Shown: in pieces, positions 1-10,394 of the stretch
How positions within the stretch are numbered: the stretch's first letter is position 1
How the letters are laid out: each line of letters opens with the position of its first letter
Notes under the pieces: generated by a model
Seen by the model: only the letters and a program-made list of their open reading frames with translations
The model's database searches: none
What the model was told of the DNA's origin: nothing
Assembly (NCBI GenBank): GCA_008632985.1
Contig: QPGO01000021.1
Coordinates: forward strand, 186,001-250,000
Length of the DNA stretch: 64,000 nucleotides
Direction of reading: 5' to 3'
Origin: Psammoneis japonica
Lineage: Eukaryota
Program-made: the position numbers and the translations under genes

Positions 1-1100
1 GACAAGAGAGTTTCTCAAAACTGCCTTTCCATTTTCCTTGCACTCATGTCAGGCCAAAACATTTGCTGCAGTCCTTTGGGATTGAACACACACAGCATGG
101 CAGATGACACTGATGACAAAGTGGAGGCCTTGGAGGGTTGAGCACTGTTCTTTCAATGCCTTGGTCATCATGCATTTAAACTCTTCATCAGAGTCTGGCA
201 GATGAGCAATTGAAGCCTTGGCAGAGTCCTCAGGATTGTGAGACCTGTGGAAGTGTCTCACAGCAGCAAAGCACATGGAGAGGAAAGATGGCTGTCTGTG
301 GGAAAGGGGCATCAGAAATGACATCTTGTTTGTCACAACATTGAAAAACAGGGCAAAAATGGAGACAGAAGGTCTGAACATGCATTGTCATGGCAACCTG
401 ATCCTGTGGCACAACTTGCATCACAGCATTGCAAAGATTGGCATGGTTCAAACAAATCAAAGAGTTTTGAGGGGAACTCTCACATTCAGGAGCTTCATCC
501 ATGATTGGTCCAACCTGCACAAGGTCATCAGCAAGCATTGCTCAAGGGACAAGGAGATCCTGCTGAATGACCTCATGATGGATGCATGCAACAGCTTCAC
601 TCTTGAGATCTGGGGGCACAAATTCATTGACAAAGATCTTGGGAGCAGGCACCTCATCCAGACATGGGACATTCAGGTGACAGTGGGCATTGGGCAAGTG
701 ACCATGCTGGTTGAATTAACCAGAGTCAACTTGATCTTGGTCGACCTGGTTGCGTGGGAAAAAAATCAATTTCCTGCGCAGAGCTCTGACATGCATCATA
801 GAGTGCGATGGTCGTGCTGATCACAAATCAAGTGAGAAAAACAGCTGTGACATTGACGACGATTCATCAGAGAATCGCAGCCAACACACTCAAAAGACAT
901 CGAAATGTGCTTGTCAAGAGGAAAGGTGACAGCACACTGCTGCTCATGACCCAACGAACTGCTGGCATCGGGACGATCTAACAACCTCAATTGGGACAAT
1001 GGTGCTCGTGCACTGGATCTGAGAGAAAGCAAGACAGAGAGATCATCGGATCTCTCCAACCCATCTACGCTGGTGTGTCTGTCAAGAGAGAGTGCACTCT
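1..1100. other. TpA- and CpG-depleted degenerate repeat remnant, family not identifiable
   Basis: Almost no TA dinucleotides; short overlapping Cys/His-rich ORFs in many frames; same composition as the transposon blocks elsewhere in the window. Confidence 0.45.
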
Positions 1101-1153
1101 CCAAGTCGGATGTCTGCCAGGATGAGATGGACATGGACAGGATTTCCCAAGGT

Positions 1154-3052
1154 TCACTCTTGGAGCACTTCTTGTGACTGCTTCAACCTTTTCTCAGGAG
1201 GCAAGAAAGGACTCTCGTCTTGGGCTGTAGTTGGAAGCGTCGAAGTTTCTGAAACTGATGATGACCAATTGATGGGATTCTGTCGGAGCAGCTCGTACGT
1301 AACACGAAGGATGTCCCGCTCCTCCACACGGGATGCGCCATTGCAGTCCTCCGTGACAAATTCATCTTCCAAAATTTCATCACCGTGTCTCTCGAAGACT
1401 GAATCGATGCACGTCAAGCAAAACTTGCGGTTCTCCCTGCACACATCAGGAGCCTTGGAAATCGCATCCACCAAGTTCATCATGTGGCTTCTCGTGTCCA
1501 CGCATCCAAACAATTTGCCACGGCCGGCTCGGTTGAGAAGGAGAGCCAACTCAATGTCGGGAACGAAGGTGCCAGTGCAGCAGTCTTGGCTTCCAAATGA
1601 CGCGTGGGAGCCATCATGTTCCAAGTGAACGTCACTGCAGAAATCTTGCATTTCAAGATGAAGTGGTGAAAAGTTCGACTTGACTGTAGAGTCGGATTTG
1701 AGCACAGCGCGAAAGGCGTTCTTTCCCTCAAATGCATTTCTGTTGCCACGAAGATCAAGAGTCTCCAAATTGTCGTTCCTCTTGAGTGATTCTGCAAGCT
1801 GACGGCAGGCTGTCTCACCCAAGCGATTGTGTGAAAGGTCAAGGACCTTGAGGGGAGAGTTTAGCTTCAATGCCTTCGTAACGGGCTTCATGGCGGCACC
1901 TTCTTCATCACAGAGCTTGAGACCGGGCAAGCGAAGCTCGACCAAAGTGCTGTTGACAGACAACATGGTGTCCAACGAATGAAGGAATCTGGCTTTCTGC
2001 GTTGTTTCGAATTGCTCGATGCGGACACTCGTGATGGTCTTGTTTGTCTTCAGACCGTTCAATGTGTCAACCCCAATTGGCTCATCTGCCCCTGCATCCT
2101 TGTCACTGTGCCTGTAAGAGAAACTGGTCAGGCTTGAACTGGCAACAGCCGACGAGAGCTTCTGTCCGTTTCCACCATGCAGACGACAGCTTGACAAGAA
2201 ACGTTCACAATCCCAAGAAACGAAAGCCCTGAAATCCACAGCAAGTTCACGAAGACTTGGATTGCAACAGAGCTTGGCCAAGGCCAAGGTTGAAAGTTTA
2301 AATTCGACTCTTCCAGAGGAGCTGAGCTCATCGGGACGGGGATGCAAATGAAGGACTCTTGGGTTTGGCGTTTCGCCCAATGACTCGACAAGCGAATTCA
2401 TGCTGAAATTCATCGTGTCACCCGAGCATTCAAACCCCATCATGTCATGTCCCCCAGATTCTATTTTTATTGTTGGTCCAAACTTGACAGCATGGAGAGA
2501 AGGATGTCGCCTCAACGTGTCACTGAAGGAAAACATGGAGTGCTTGCTGAAGCTTCGTCCCAAACTTGAGCCTTTGCGCATCTCAAATGACTCTAGTTGC
2601 ACAGCAATCCGAAGAACTTCGGCAAGGACTTCAATCGGGATCGTCGTAGATGTGACGAGGGTGTTGAGGTTTGGAAACAAAGACAGAGTCTTGCCAAAGT
2701 CCCACATCTTCTTCGCAGACGACACTTTACTGCAGAGAAACACTGCTCCGATTTGCTGTCGCCTCTCGCTCAGCTGCTTCAAGAACAGCTCAAAGTTTTC
2801 ATCATGCCCAGGAAGCACTGTCTTCTCCATGCTGCTGAAGAGATCTTTCTTTGTAAACTCTGTGTGGTTGTGAAACAACACCTGCGAAAGGGGAGCGACT
2901 GGGCGCGATGCTGCAAGCACTGCACTCGTGGCTTTCGAAACCGACACCGTCGTTTCGAGAGGTTCTGCTGGAGCTTCCATGATGTGGCTGGTCACAAGAG
3001 TTGTGGGTGCAACAAGAAGTTTGATCAATGACAGTGAACGCTTGCTGCTCAT
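1154..3052 (-). CDS. Leucine-rich repeat (RNI-like) protein, TpA-depleted, possibly decaying
   Basis: 632-aa ORF with LRR motifs (LKVLDLSHNRLG, LETLDLRGN, LVELRL); I count only 2 Tyr. Confidence 0.7.
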   Translation of the reverse strand: MSSKRSLSLIKLLVAPTTLVTSHIMEAPAEPLETTVSVSKATSAVLAASRPVAPLSQVLFHNHTEFTKKDLFSSMEKTVLPGHDENFELFLKQLSERRQQIGAVFLCSKVSSAKKMWDFGKTLSLFPNLNTLVTSTTIPIEVLAEVLRIAVQLESFEMRKGSSLGRSFSKHSMFSFSDTLRRHPSLHAVKFGPTIKIESGGHDMMGFECSGDTMNFSMNSLVESLGETPNPRVLHLHPRPDELSSSGRVEFKLSTLALAKLCCNPSLRELAVDFRAFVSWDCERFLSSCRLHGGNGQKLSSAVASSSLTSFSYRHSDKDAGADEPIGVDTLNGLKTNKTITSVRIEQFETTQKARFLHSLDTMLSVNSTLVELRLPGLKLCDEEGAAMKPVTKALKLNSPLKVLDLSHNRLGETACRQLAESLKRNDNLETLDLRGNRNAFEGKNAFRAVLKSDSTVKSNFSPLHLEMQDFCSDVHLEHDGSHASFGSQDCCTGTFVPDIELALLLNRAGRGKLFGCVDTRSHMMNLVDAISKAPDVCRENRKFCLTCIDSVFERHGDEILEDEFVTEDCNGASRVEERDILRVTYELLRQNPINWSSSVSETSTLPTTAQDESPFLPPEKRLKQSQEVLQE

Positions 3053-3111
3053 CGCTCATCGATTTATTCAAGAGAGCGAAGGGAAAACAATGATGTGATG
3101 ATGTGATTGCT

Positions 3112-3286
3112 TGAACAAATTACCCTGCAGTTGTTTGCTAGAGAGCAAAGTTATAGAAAACATTGCAACATCGTGCTGCCATTTCCAAGATTGTGACTAG
3201 ATCTCGGATGGAGTCTTCCCGTTCCGAATCGCCAAATGTGCAGTTCTAAATGCTAGTTCCGATGAGACCACATGGCAAATTCTTCA
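3112..3286 (-). repeat. 3' LTR (TpA-mutated copy)
   Basis: Aligns without gaps to 9858-10032 with 16 substitutions. Confidence 0.95.
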
Positions 3287-3297
3287 GTCCCCTCAAG
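3287..3297 (-). promoter_or_regulatory. Polypurine tract
   Basis: Minus strand TTGAGGGGAC directly precedes the 3' LTR. Confidence 0.65.
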
Positions 3298-3551
3298 TCG
3301 TTGAAGCAGACACTGAATCGGCTTGATCCAATTTACACTCCGACAGTTTTAGCCACAACTGTGTGACAAGGAAACCCTGACAACCTGCTGAAACCCAAAT
3401 TGGGAAAGGGTGCCGGTGTGACTGTGCCCCTCCAAGAAGCGCATGGAAGGAATGTGAGCCAACATGCCCGCTGGTGCGAGCTCCCATGCTCGCTGGATGT
3501 AAGGAGAAACAGAAAAAGGAGCAGTCGAAGGAGCGACTGTTCATTCTTCTT

Positions 3552-6500
3552 TCATCCTTTATCATCAAACATGTCGTGTAGTGTCACACCAATGAGGCCA
3601 TCTCGTTTGACACCACCGCACATGATCTTGGTCGCAAGATCAGCTGGATTGCATTCCGATCTAATGTGTCCGGCAAGGGACTCACCCACAGCTGCCGACT
3701 CCCTGACGGCATGGCAGCACACAGAGTTAGACTTCTTCTTCAAAGTCGACTCTGGGCTTTGGGTGTTGTGGACAACTGCCATGTTGTCCCCATGAATGCA
3801 TGATGGTCCGCTGAGCGGGACTCCCATCATCCTGAGTTTGTGCCTTGGGCCTCGCAAAGCTTCCATGCCTTGCTTCACAGCCACAAACTCAGCACCAAAG
3901 ACTGAAGTCTCAATGGTGCTCTGGCGCTTGGAGAACCAGGCGACTGGTGCCATGTTCAAATGGACAAAATGACCAGTGCGGGAGCGTCTCGTCACTTTGT
4001 CATTCGCATGATCTGAATCTACGAATGGGCGTGGATCAATGTCCTTGCCCAGAGCTTCTGGTGCATTCGGTGGAATCGCCTCCTCTACGTTCCCGTAAAA
4101 TGCCTGCCAATCGCATTCCTTAAAGTCAGACATGTGACATCCGGGCACGTCGGATCGAATGCTGACGTTGCGCCATGTCTGTTCTTGAGGCATCCACGCA
4201 CATGCAGGACAGCGTCGAGATGACCTTCTCCAGGCATGGCGAGGAATGAGGCGAGTTCGGATGTCTCCACTGTGAGGTCGACTCGTCCAAGTTCCACTGT
4301 CCAGCGCAGGACTCCCACCTGCGACTGGTAAAATCAAGCCTGCTCTGCATCGAGCTTTGGCGCAATGTCGAGTTCCGGTCGACAGTCGCACGGAAACGGG
4401 GCCGTTGCCTTGCGTGGCAACGTCCATCCAGGAGCAGTCTCATCTGGACACCCCTCGACATTCTTGATGGCCTGTTGGATGTGCTTGCTGGAGCTCATGC
4501 TCCATGCGCAGACACCATTCAGCATTTGCACTTCACGGATTTTCGCCCCGAGGTGCATTTCAGGGTCACCGATGGATCCGGGTTTCATCTTGAAGCACCG
4601 GTCCAATTCCTTGAGCGCTGACGTAGCGTCGTGGTGTGCCATGAGCACGTCGTCTGCACACAACAGTGCATGGGCACAGCATCAGAATGCATCATCCGGT
4701 CGGACCTGTGCCTTCATCCACACATCTGGATCAGCCAGACACGGTTCCCACCCACGTGCAAGATGCCAAGTGGTTCCTGAAGGATGCACCTGCACTCTTC
4801 AATCCGTACAATGCGCGCTTGACTGTGGCACGCTTCCCAGCATTGGGTCCAAACTCAGGTCCTAGAGTTGCAGTGATCTTCTTGCTGTTAGGTGCGGTCA
4901 CACAGGCATTCTCAATGTCCGCAGCCTTAACCTCCAAGTCATTTAGAGCCGCCAGAGCAAAGGCAATCCTTGCACTTTCGCGGGAGATGACGCTTGCATG
5001 CGTCAGAGTCGCTGGAGGTTCAGCGGTGTGTCCCCCTGCAACATGACGAGCCTTCCGCTTGAAGTCTTGTAGTTTGACATCGAAGACCAAGTGGCAGCGA
5101 ACATGCTGGTAACCCACGAGCTCCTCGTCATCGTCGACAATCTCAAAGGCTTTTGAAACAACATCGATCTCCTTGTCTGTGGCATCCTGCCACAAGCGGT
5201 TGCCGTCAGCCTTGTCGATCTCGACTGCCTCTTCATGGGTCTTGGGAATGCGCACCCCGCACTTATGAGTGCGCTTGTGATGTCACTTGTTCACAGCGGC
5301 TACAATCTGCTGACGTTTCTTGAAGGTAAAGGGAACCCACCAGGCAAAAGCTGGCTCGTCCTCTGTGGATCTGGCCCTGGCACACTCTGCCATTTCCACT
5401 GGGTTGGATTCCTTCAAGTCAGACAGTCGTTCCCAAGATGTGGATCCGTCTTTCCATTGTGCGCAAAGATGCCAGCCTTTGGCAGTCTTGCGCATGGATC
5501 GACGTCCCCTGCTGTCTTGGATGAAGGCATCCTCCTTCTTGATTGTATGTCCGTCAGTCTTGTGATCAACGATTGCATCTAGTGACAAGCACTGGTTGCC
5601 TTCATTGTCGCACTGCGCAAACATGTTCTCAGCGATGACATTCGCCGCGAATTCTGCTTCCTGTCCATCAGGAAACTCGACCTCACACACACGAGTGTCA
5701 AGTGTCGGGTTTGGGTTGGCCCGTCCGGCAGGTGTGCCATCCGGATTGAGCTTGCGTCGCTTCACTGCCCCAGTCTGTTCCATGTCCCCGTGGGGCAGCA
5801 GCACTTCTGCATTGACACATTGATCGTAGGCTTCGTCTGGGGTGTCACCCTCATCGGAGGCACTGGACGGAACATCCTGTTCCTCGTCATCCTCGTGCAG
5901 TTCGAAGGTGGGAGCAATTGCGTCAGGGTCATCAAAGTCCCCGACGGTCACACCCGGGCCCAGCTTGACCTCTGTCAACCTGTCAAACTTTTCACGCAAT
6001 GCAAGGTGCGTCTTGTGTTCCTGCTCCTCGGGCGTTAGTGCCCTGCAAGACGAGCGATGGACGACCTGTCTGTTCTCCTTGAGCATCTTGGCCATCACAG
6101 CTGGGCCTGCATCCCTGCTCGGGCCCGGATGTCGCCCCAGGACTTCCTTGTCCTCGGGAAATGAGACTGCCGTGTCTCGAAACATGATCCAGTCGTGCCG
6201 GCCGAGTTCACATGTGTGCGAGATGTCAGCCGTCTGACCGGACACTGCGGTTTCTGGGACTTCACCGTCAAGCTCATGGATGTTTCGAGCGGTGTTAGAC
6301 CCAATGAGGCCTTCCAGTTCCAGGCAATCATCCCACAAGCATTTTGGGGCCTGTGACTTAACCATCTTACGCCCAACGCCTCGCTTGAGTTCGCGAATTG
6401 CGCCCTCTGCGGTGTTAGACCAAGGGGCATGTGGTTCAGTTTGTCTTGCATGGCAATCGGCCTCCCTGGCTTTCTTGCTAAATTGCCCCATTGTCTCTTC

Positions 6501-7676
6501 TCTCACCCCGTCTGCTGGCATGGTGTGGGGCACGCCTTCTTGCGCGAAGAGCAACGACAACGCCTCGTGCGCTGGACGTTTTGACTTCAATGGACAAGCG
6601 CGCACCCATCCATTGGACATTGCGAACACTTGCGTGCACACATTCCCTCGCCTGGACTTGACAGAGGAGAACATGGTGTTGGAGCACATCTCCTTTGAGA
6701 CACGCCTGCATCGCAGTTGTCGGTCATTGGTGCGGAAACGTCGTGACAGCGTAGGATGTAGAACTGTCCTGGCTCCACGCTGTGTCGCAACCTTGAGAGT
6801 GTTCTGAGCATCCTTGAGGCTGATGGACCAGTTCTCGGCCAAACGTTCAGCGTCAACCTTGAAGCTGCGCTTTGTCGTCTTGAGCGAAGACAGTTTCATG
6901 GATGCCAGCAGCAAACGGTCATTGCATGCATTGGAAACATCACGCAACGGCTGATTCCGCAGAGCGTCTGAGGTCTCTTGAGCTGCAGTGCGTGAGAGCT
7001 TCGTGCTCATAATGTGCACATGAGGACGCGCATCATCCCCGGTCTCATGCACTCTGCCAAGAGCATCTGTCATGGCTTCTTCCCCAGCGTGGAAGTCGGA
7101 GGAGGCGGGGTCCCATTCAGGGGACTCATGCGTGAGTTCGCACACGCTCCCGTCTTGGGCCGCATCCTCATGTTGAGCTAAAGTCGGGACACTGGAGGGG
7201 AAGCAGCTCGAGACTCCCTCCAGGTCTAAAGGTGCAGTTAATGAAGTGCCATTGGCGTCCTTGGCGACGATCGCATGTTCCTTGTCGTTGGGCTTTGTCA
7301 GCAGAAACTTCGGTTTTAATGAAAGTTCCACGTCATTCAGCCACAACTGCATTGGACACAGCAAGTTGTGCTCAAGGTGTGGCACATGGACTGCTTGGTG
7401 GACAACCAAGACGTGTGGGTGGCCCGTCTGAGGATCTGTGTCAGTGGCAGCTCCACTGACTGTACGCAGGCGCTTGCTGGCACCCAAAGTTGGGTCGCAC
7501 CCTTCCATGTCTGCTGGCCTGTCATGGTCAAGCAAAATTAAAGCGTGCTTGCCTGGTGCGCTCATGTCTGCATGACTGTCAACATCCGTGCGAGACTCTT
7601 CTTGCGACGGTCCTCCAACCTTTGTCTGGGTCAAGCATGAGGTCTGCAACGGACTGAGCCGCATGATGGCCACCAT
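3552..7676 (-). pseudogene. pol: Copia pol (protease, integrase, RT, RNase H), frameshifted
   Basis: DSHAD protease motif; TEPHAPWSNTAEGAIRELK integrase; KARHVAGGH, ADIENAC, KRALYGLKSAG and LLCADD (YVDD) RT; FVDSDHANDKVTRRSRTG and NPADLATK RNase H; spread over ORFs 5283-7676, 4731-5255, 4334-4663, 4085-4318 and 3552-4427. Confidence 0.92.
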
Positions 7677-7682
7677 TGGCTG

Positions 7683-9172
7683 TCACTTCCTGTGGCATCC
7701 AGCCTTGGGGACATGCTTGCGAGCAGCCTCGCGAATCAACGCCTTGTTGTTTCGGTTCCATTCCTGCTTGGCAGCCGGAGGCTTCATTGGCTCTTCAGTC
7801 TCAGATTCACCACCACCTTCATCGGATGAATCGTCCATTTGAGCTGAGATGGCCGCGACCGTCTTGGTCAGAGCTTTGATCTGCTTGGCGTTGCCGGCCG
7901 TCGTGGCCTTGCCACTCTTTGTGTTGTCACGTGTGTCGCGCAGCGACTTGAGCTTCTTCCCAGCCTGGGGAGAAAGCTTGCTGCACTCTTTGGGAGGGTG
8001 GCACTCATCCTCCACGTCATCGGCATGAATGATGGTTTCTCGTTTGCACTTCCCAGCCTTGAGAGCCGCAACACGAAGACGTTTCGCGTCGTTGTCCGGC
8101 TTGGACTGCTTGATAAAATCCTTAAATGGGACAATGCAAGCATCAAAATCGTTGCGCAACGTTGTGCTGGCCACAATCTGCGTCTTGACTGAGTCAAGCG
8201 ACGAGTCCTTGACACTTGCAAGGAGGTGGCGGACCTTGGATCGTGCATCGATCCCTGCATAACCACACTCGGTAAGCCGTCCAGAATCGCGTGTTGTTCG
8301 ACATGAACTCGCACGCAGCGCTCGAAATTCCAGTTGCGCTTTTCCCCGTGGCAGGACAGACTGGCGAGCTTCCTTTCGGCAGCGTTCGCCAGGTCATCTG
8401 CATTGTTGGGGCCCAAGAAATGATTGCAGAGGTTCAGGCAGGCCGTCCTGCCGTCCTGGCGCCTCTGGGCTGGCTTGACATAAGCCCAACTAGCATGTTC
8501 ACGCGTGATGCCGGCTGTGATCTCCCACACTTTGATGTTGTCGGCCGTGAACGTCTCGGCAGGTTGAGGGTTGTTCCCAGCAGTGAGATGGGGAGCCCTC
8601 GCGATCATCTCCTCGATCGGGTCGTTGTAGTTGGTGGCCGGGTCGTCGGCCTCGGCGGTTGCTTCCTGGTTCTCGCGGATGACGTGCGACAGTGGCATCT
8701 TCGTTTCGCCTCGGCATGCCCGCAGATGCTCCTGAATCGACTCGATCGTCTTCGGCCAGTCCTTCTTGATGATCGTCGGCAGTGTTTCGGGCAGTTCGTA
8801 GGTCTCTTCCGTGGGACAGAAGTGGCGGTGGCCTTGCACTCGTGCAAGGTTGATGTCAACAGCTCGCAACGTTCGCGACATGCGCTCGCAGTGACGAGCC
8901 GCATGCGCGGTGAGCTTGAGATTCATCTCGGTGCGCAAAGGAACTGACGTCCCTAGGTTGGGTTGGACGTTCCCACCTGCCGGCGGATTGCCTGCCGCAG
9001 CCCCTCCTGGGCGACGAATGTCCTCACATGAGGTCTCGACCTCGTGGTCGTCGAGGTGATGCAGTTCATCGACTGAGTCGATTCCCTGCTCATCGGTTAA
9101 AGCCGCGGCTGCCTGCGCGGTAAACCCCAGTCAGGTGCAGGCAGCACGCATCGCTGCTGCGACTGCTGCCAT
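7683..9172 (-). pseudogene. gag: Copia gag, frameshifted
   Basis: ORFs 7868-8938 and 7683-8174 with CoDi gag-like segments (LSHVIRE, LSCHGEKRNWNFE); lies upstream of pol; probable ATG at 9172. Confidence 0.75.
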
Positions 9173-9840
9173 GGTTGATGGTTACAAACGGTGTGTTTTA
9201 CGTGTCTCGCAAACTTTTGTGTGGTTGTGCACGAAAAGTGAGTGAGGTGCGCGAACTTCGTATCGCTTTTTCGCCGTTGGATAAAAGTAATCGTTATAAC
9301 TACGATCAACGTGTCTAGAGATAGCGGTTTATATTTAATCCTCCTGGATTAATATCTCTGATGGGATTCACATATAACGGCTACTCTTACAATCTACGTG
9401 ATCGTATAATGCATGTGCCGATCATCGGCGACGTGCTCGTTCCCTGGTCTACATTGACCAATAGTGAGGTTAAATATATAATTTATTAATTATATCGCGT
9501 TTACATATTCAACTTGGATATGTATATATGCTCACTCGGCGATTTCAAATCGCCACGCAGTTGCCTCCGAGATAACTTCGGTATGGAAATGGCGTCCCAG
9601 ATCCAATTTTGCGCTCTGTGTCCGCGTATTTACGCTCATAAAACACATCAGGACAGTCGATACTTTTGTTATCCATAAGTATTACGGCCGAACTAGCCCT
9701 GGGAGTTACATACTCGTCAAGCACGAACGTCGTCTCACGTTCGTCGATGTTTTCATGTCATCTCTGACAAGTTGGAACGAATGGTCGTATTGCGAGTCGT
9801 TCGCAAGCGTTGCAATCATTACCACTGTCGTTACGTACGG

Positions 9841-9857
9841 CGATGGCTCTGATAAAG
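9841..9857 (-). promoter_or_regulatory. Primer-binding site, tRNA-iMet-like
   Basis: Minus strand CTTTATCAGAGCCATCG follows the 5' LTR; shares TATCAGAGCC with canonical TGGTATCAGAGCC. Confidence 0.65.
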
Positions 9858-10032
9858 TGAATAAATTACCCTGTAGTCGCTTGCTAGAGAGTAAAGTTAT
9901 AGAAAACGTTGTAACATCGTGCTACTATTTCTAAGATTGTGACTAGATCTCGGATGGAGTCTTCCCGTTCCGAATCGCCAAATATACAGTTCTAAATACT
10001 AATTCCGATAAGACCACATGGTAAATTCTTCA
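9858..10032 (-). repeat. 5' LTR (TpA-retaining copy)
   Basis: TGAATAAATT...TTCTTCA, direct repeat of 3112-3286. Confidence 0.95.
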
Positions 10033-10394
10033 TGCTGTCGATCGCGGCGCAAGATAGAAAAGCATCGACAAGTAAGTACAGTACTTGGATGGCGTAGAAT
10101 TCTACGGAGCTCTTATGCTTTTCTTTTTTAGCTTGCTGTGCTAAGTGTGCGGTCCGATCCGCCCGCCCGCCCGCCTCGCCTAATCCGTCCCGCATTTCAA
10201 ATTGCTACTGTACACTTTAGGAAGTTCTAAGTAGTTTACGACAACTTAGTCAACAGCTCAGGTCTAAAACAAGTTACTTGTTCCATAATATAGCTGGAGT
10301 CATGACTTCTTATGCGCCCCTGTGGTCCCCAGAGAGAGAGAACCGACAACGAGTGAATCCTAGCCCAGAGTAGTTCCAAACCACGCTGGCATGC

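Larger units (their letters stand above)
3112..10032 (-). mobile_element. Full-length Ty1/copia LTR retrotransposon (diatom CoDi type), inactivated
   Basis: 175-bp TG..CA LTRs at both ends, TGCT on both flanks, PBS and PPT, gag-PR-IN-RT-RH order. Confidence 0.95.

Noticed and set aside
3552..7676. Alternative genetic code or ADAR editing of the RNA intermediate
   Set aside because: Host genes use Tyr normally; changes occur on both strands, differ between LTRs and also affect DNA transposons
3112..10032. Classical RIP (CA>TA) in the 5' LTR as the explanation
   Set aside because: Conserved Tyr/Val codons show TA is ancestral
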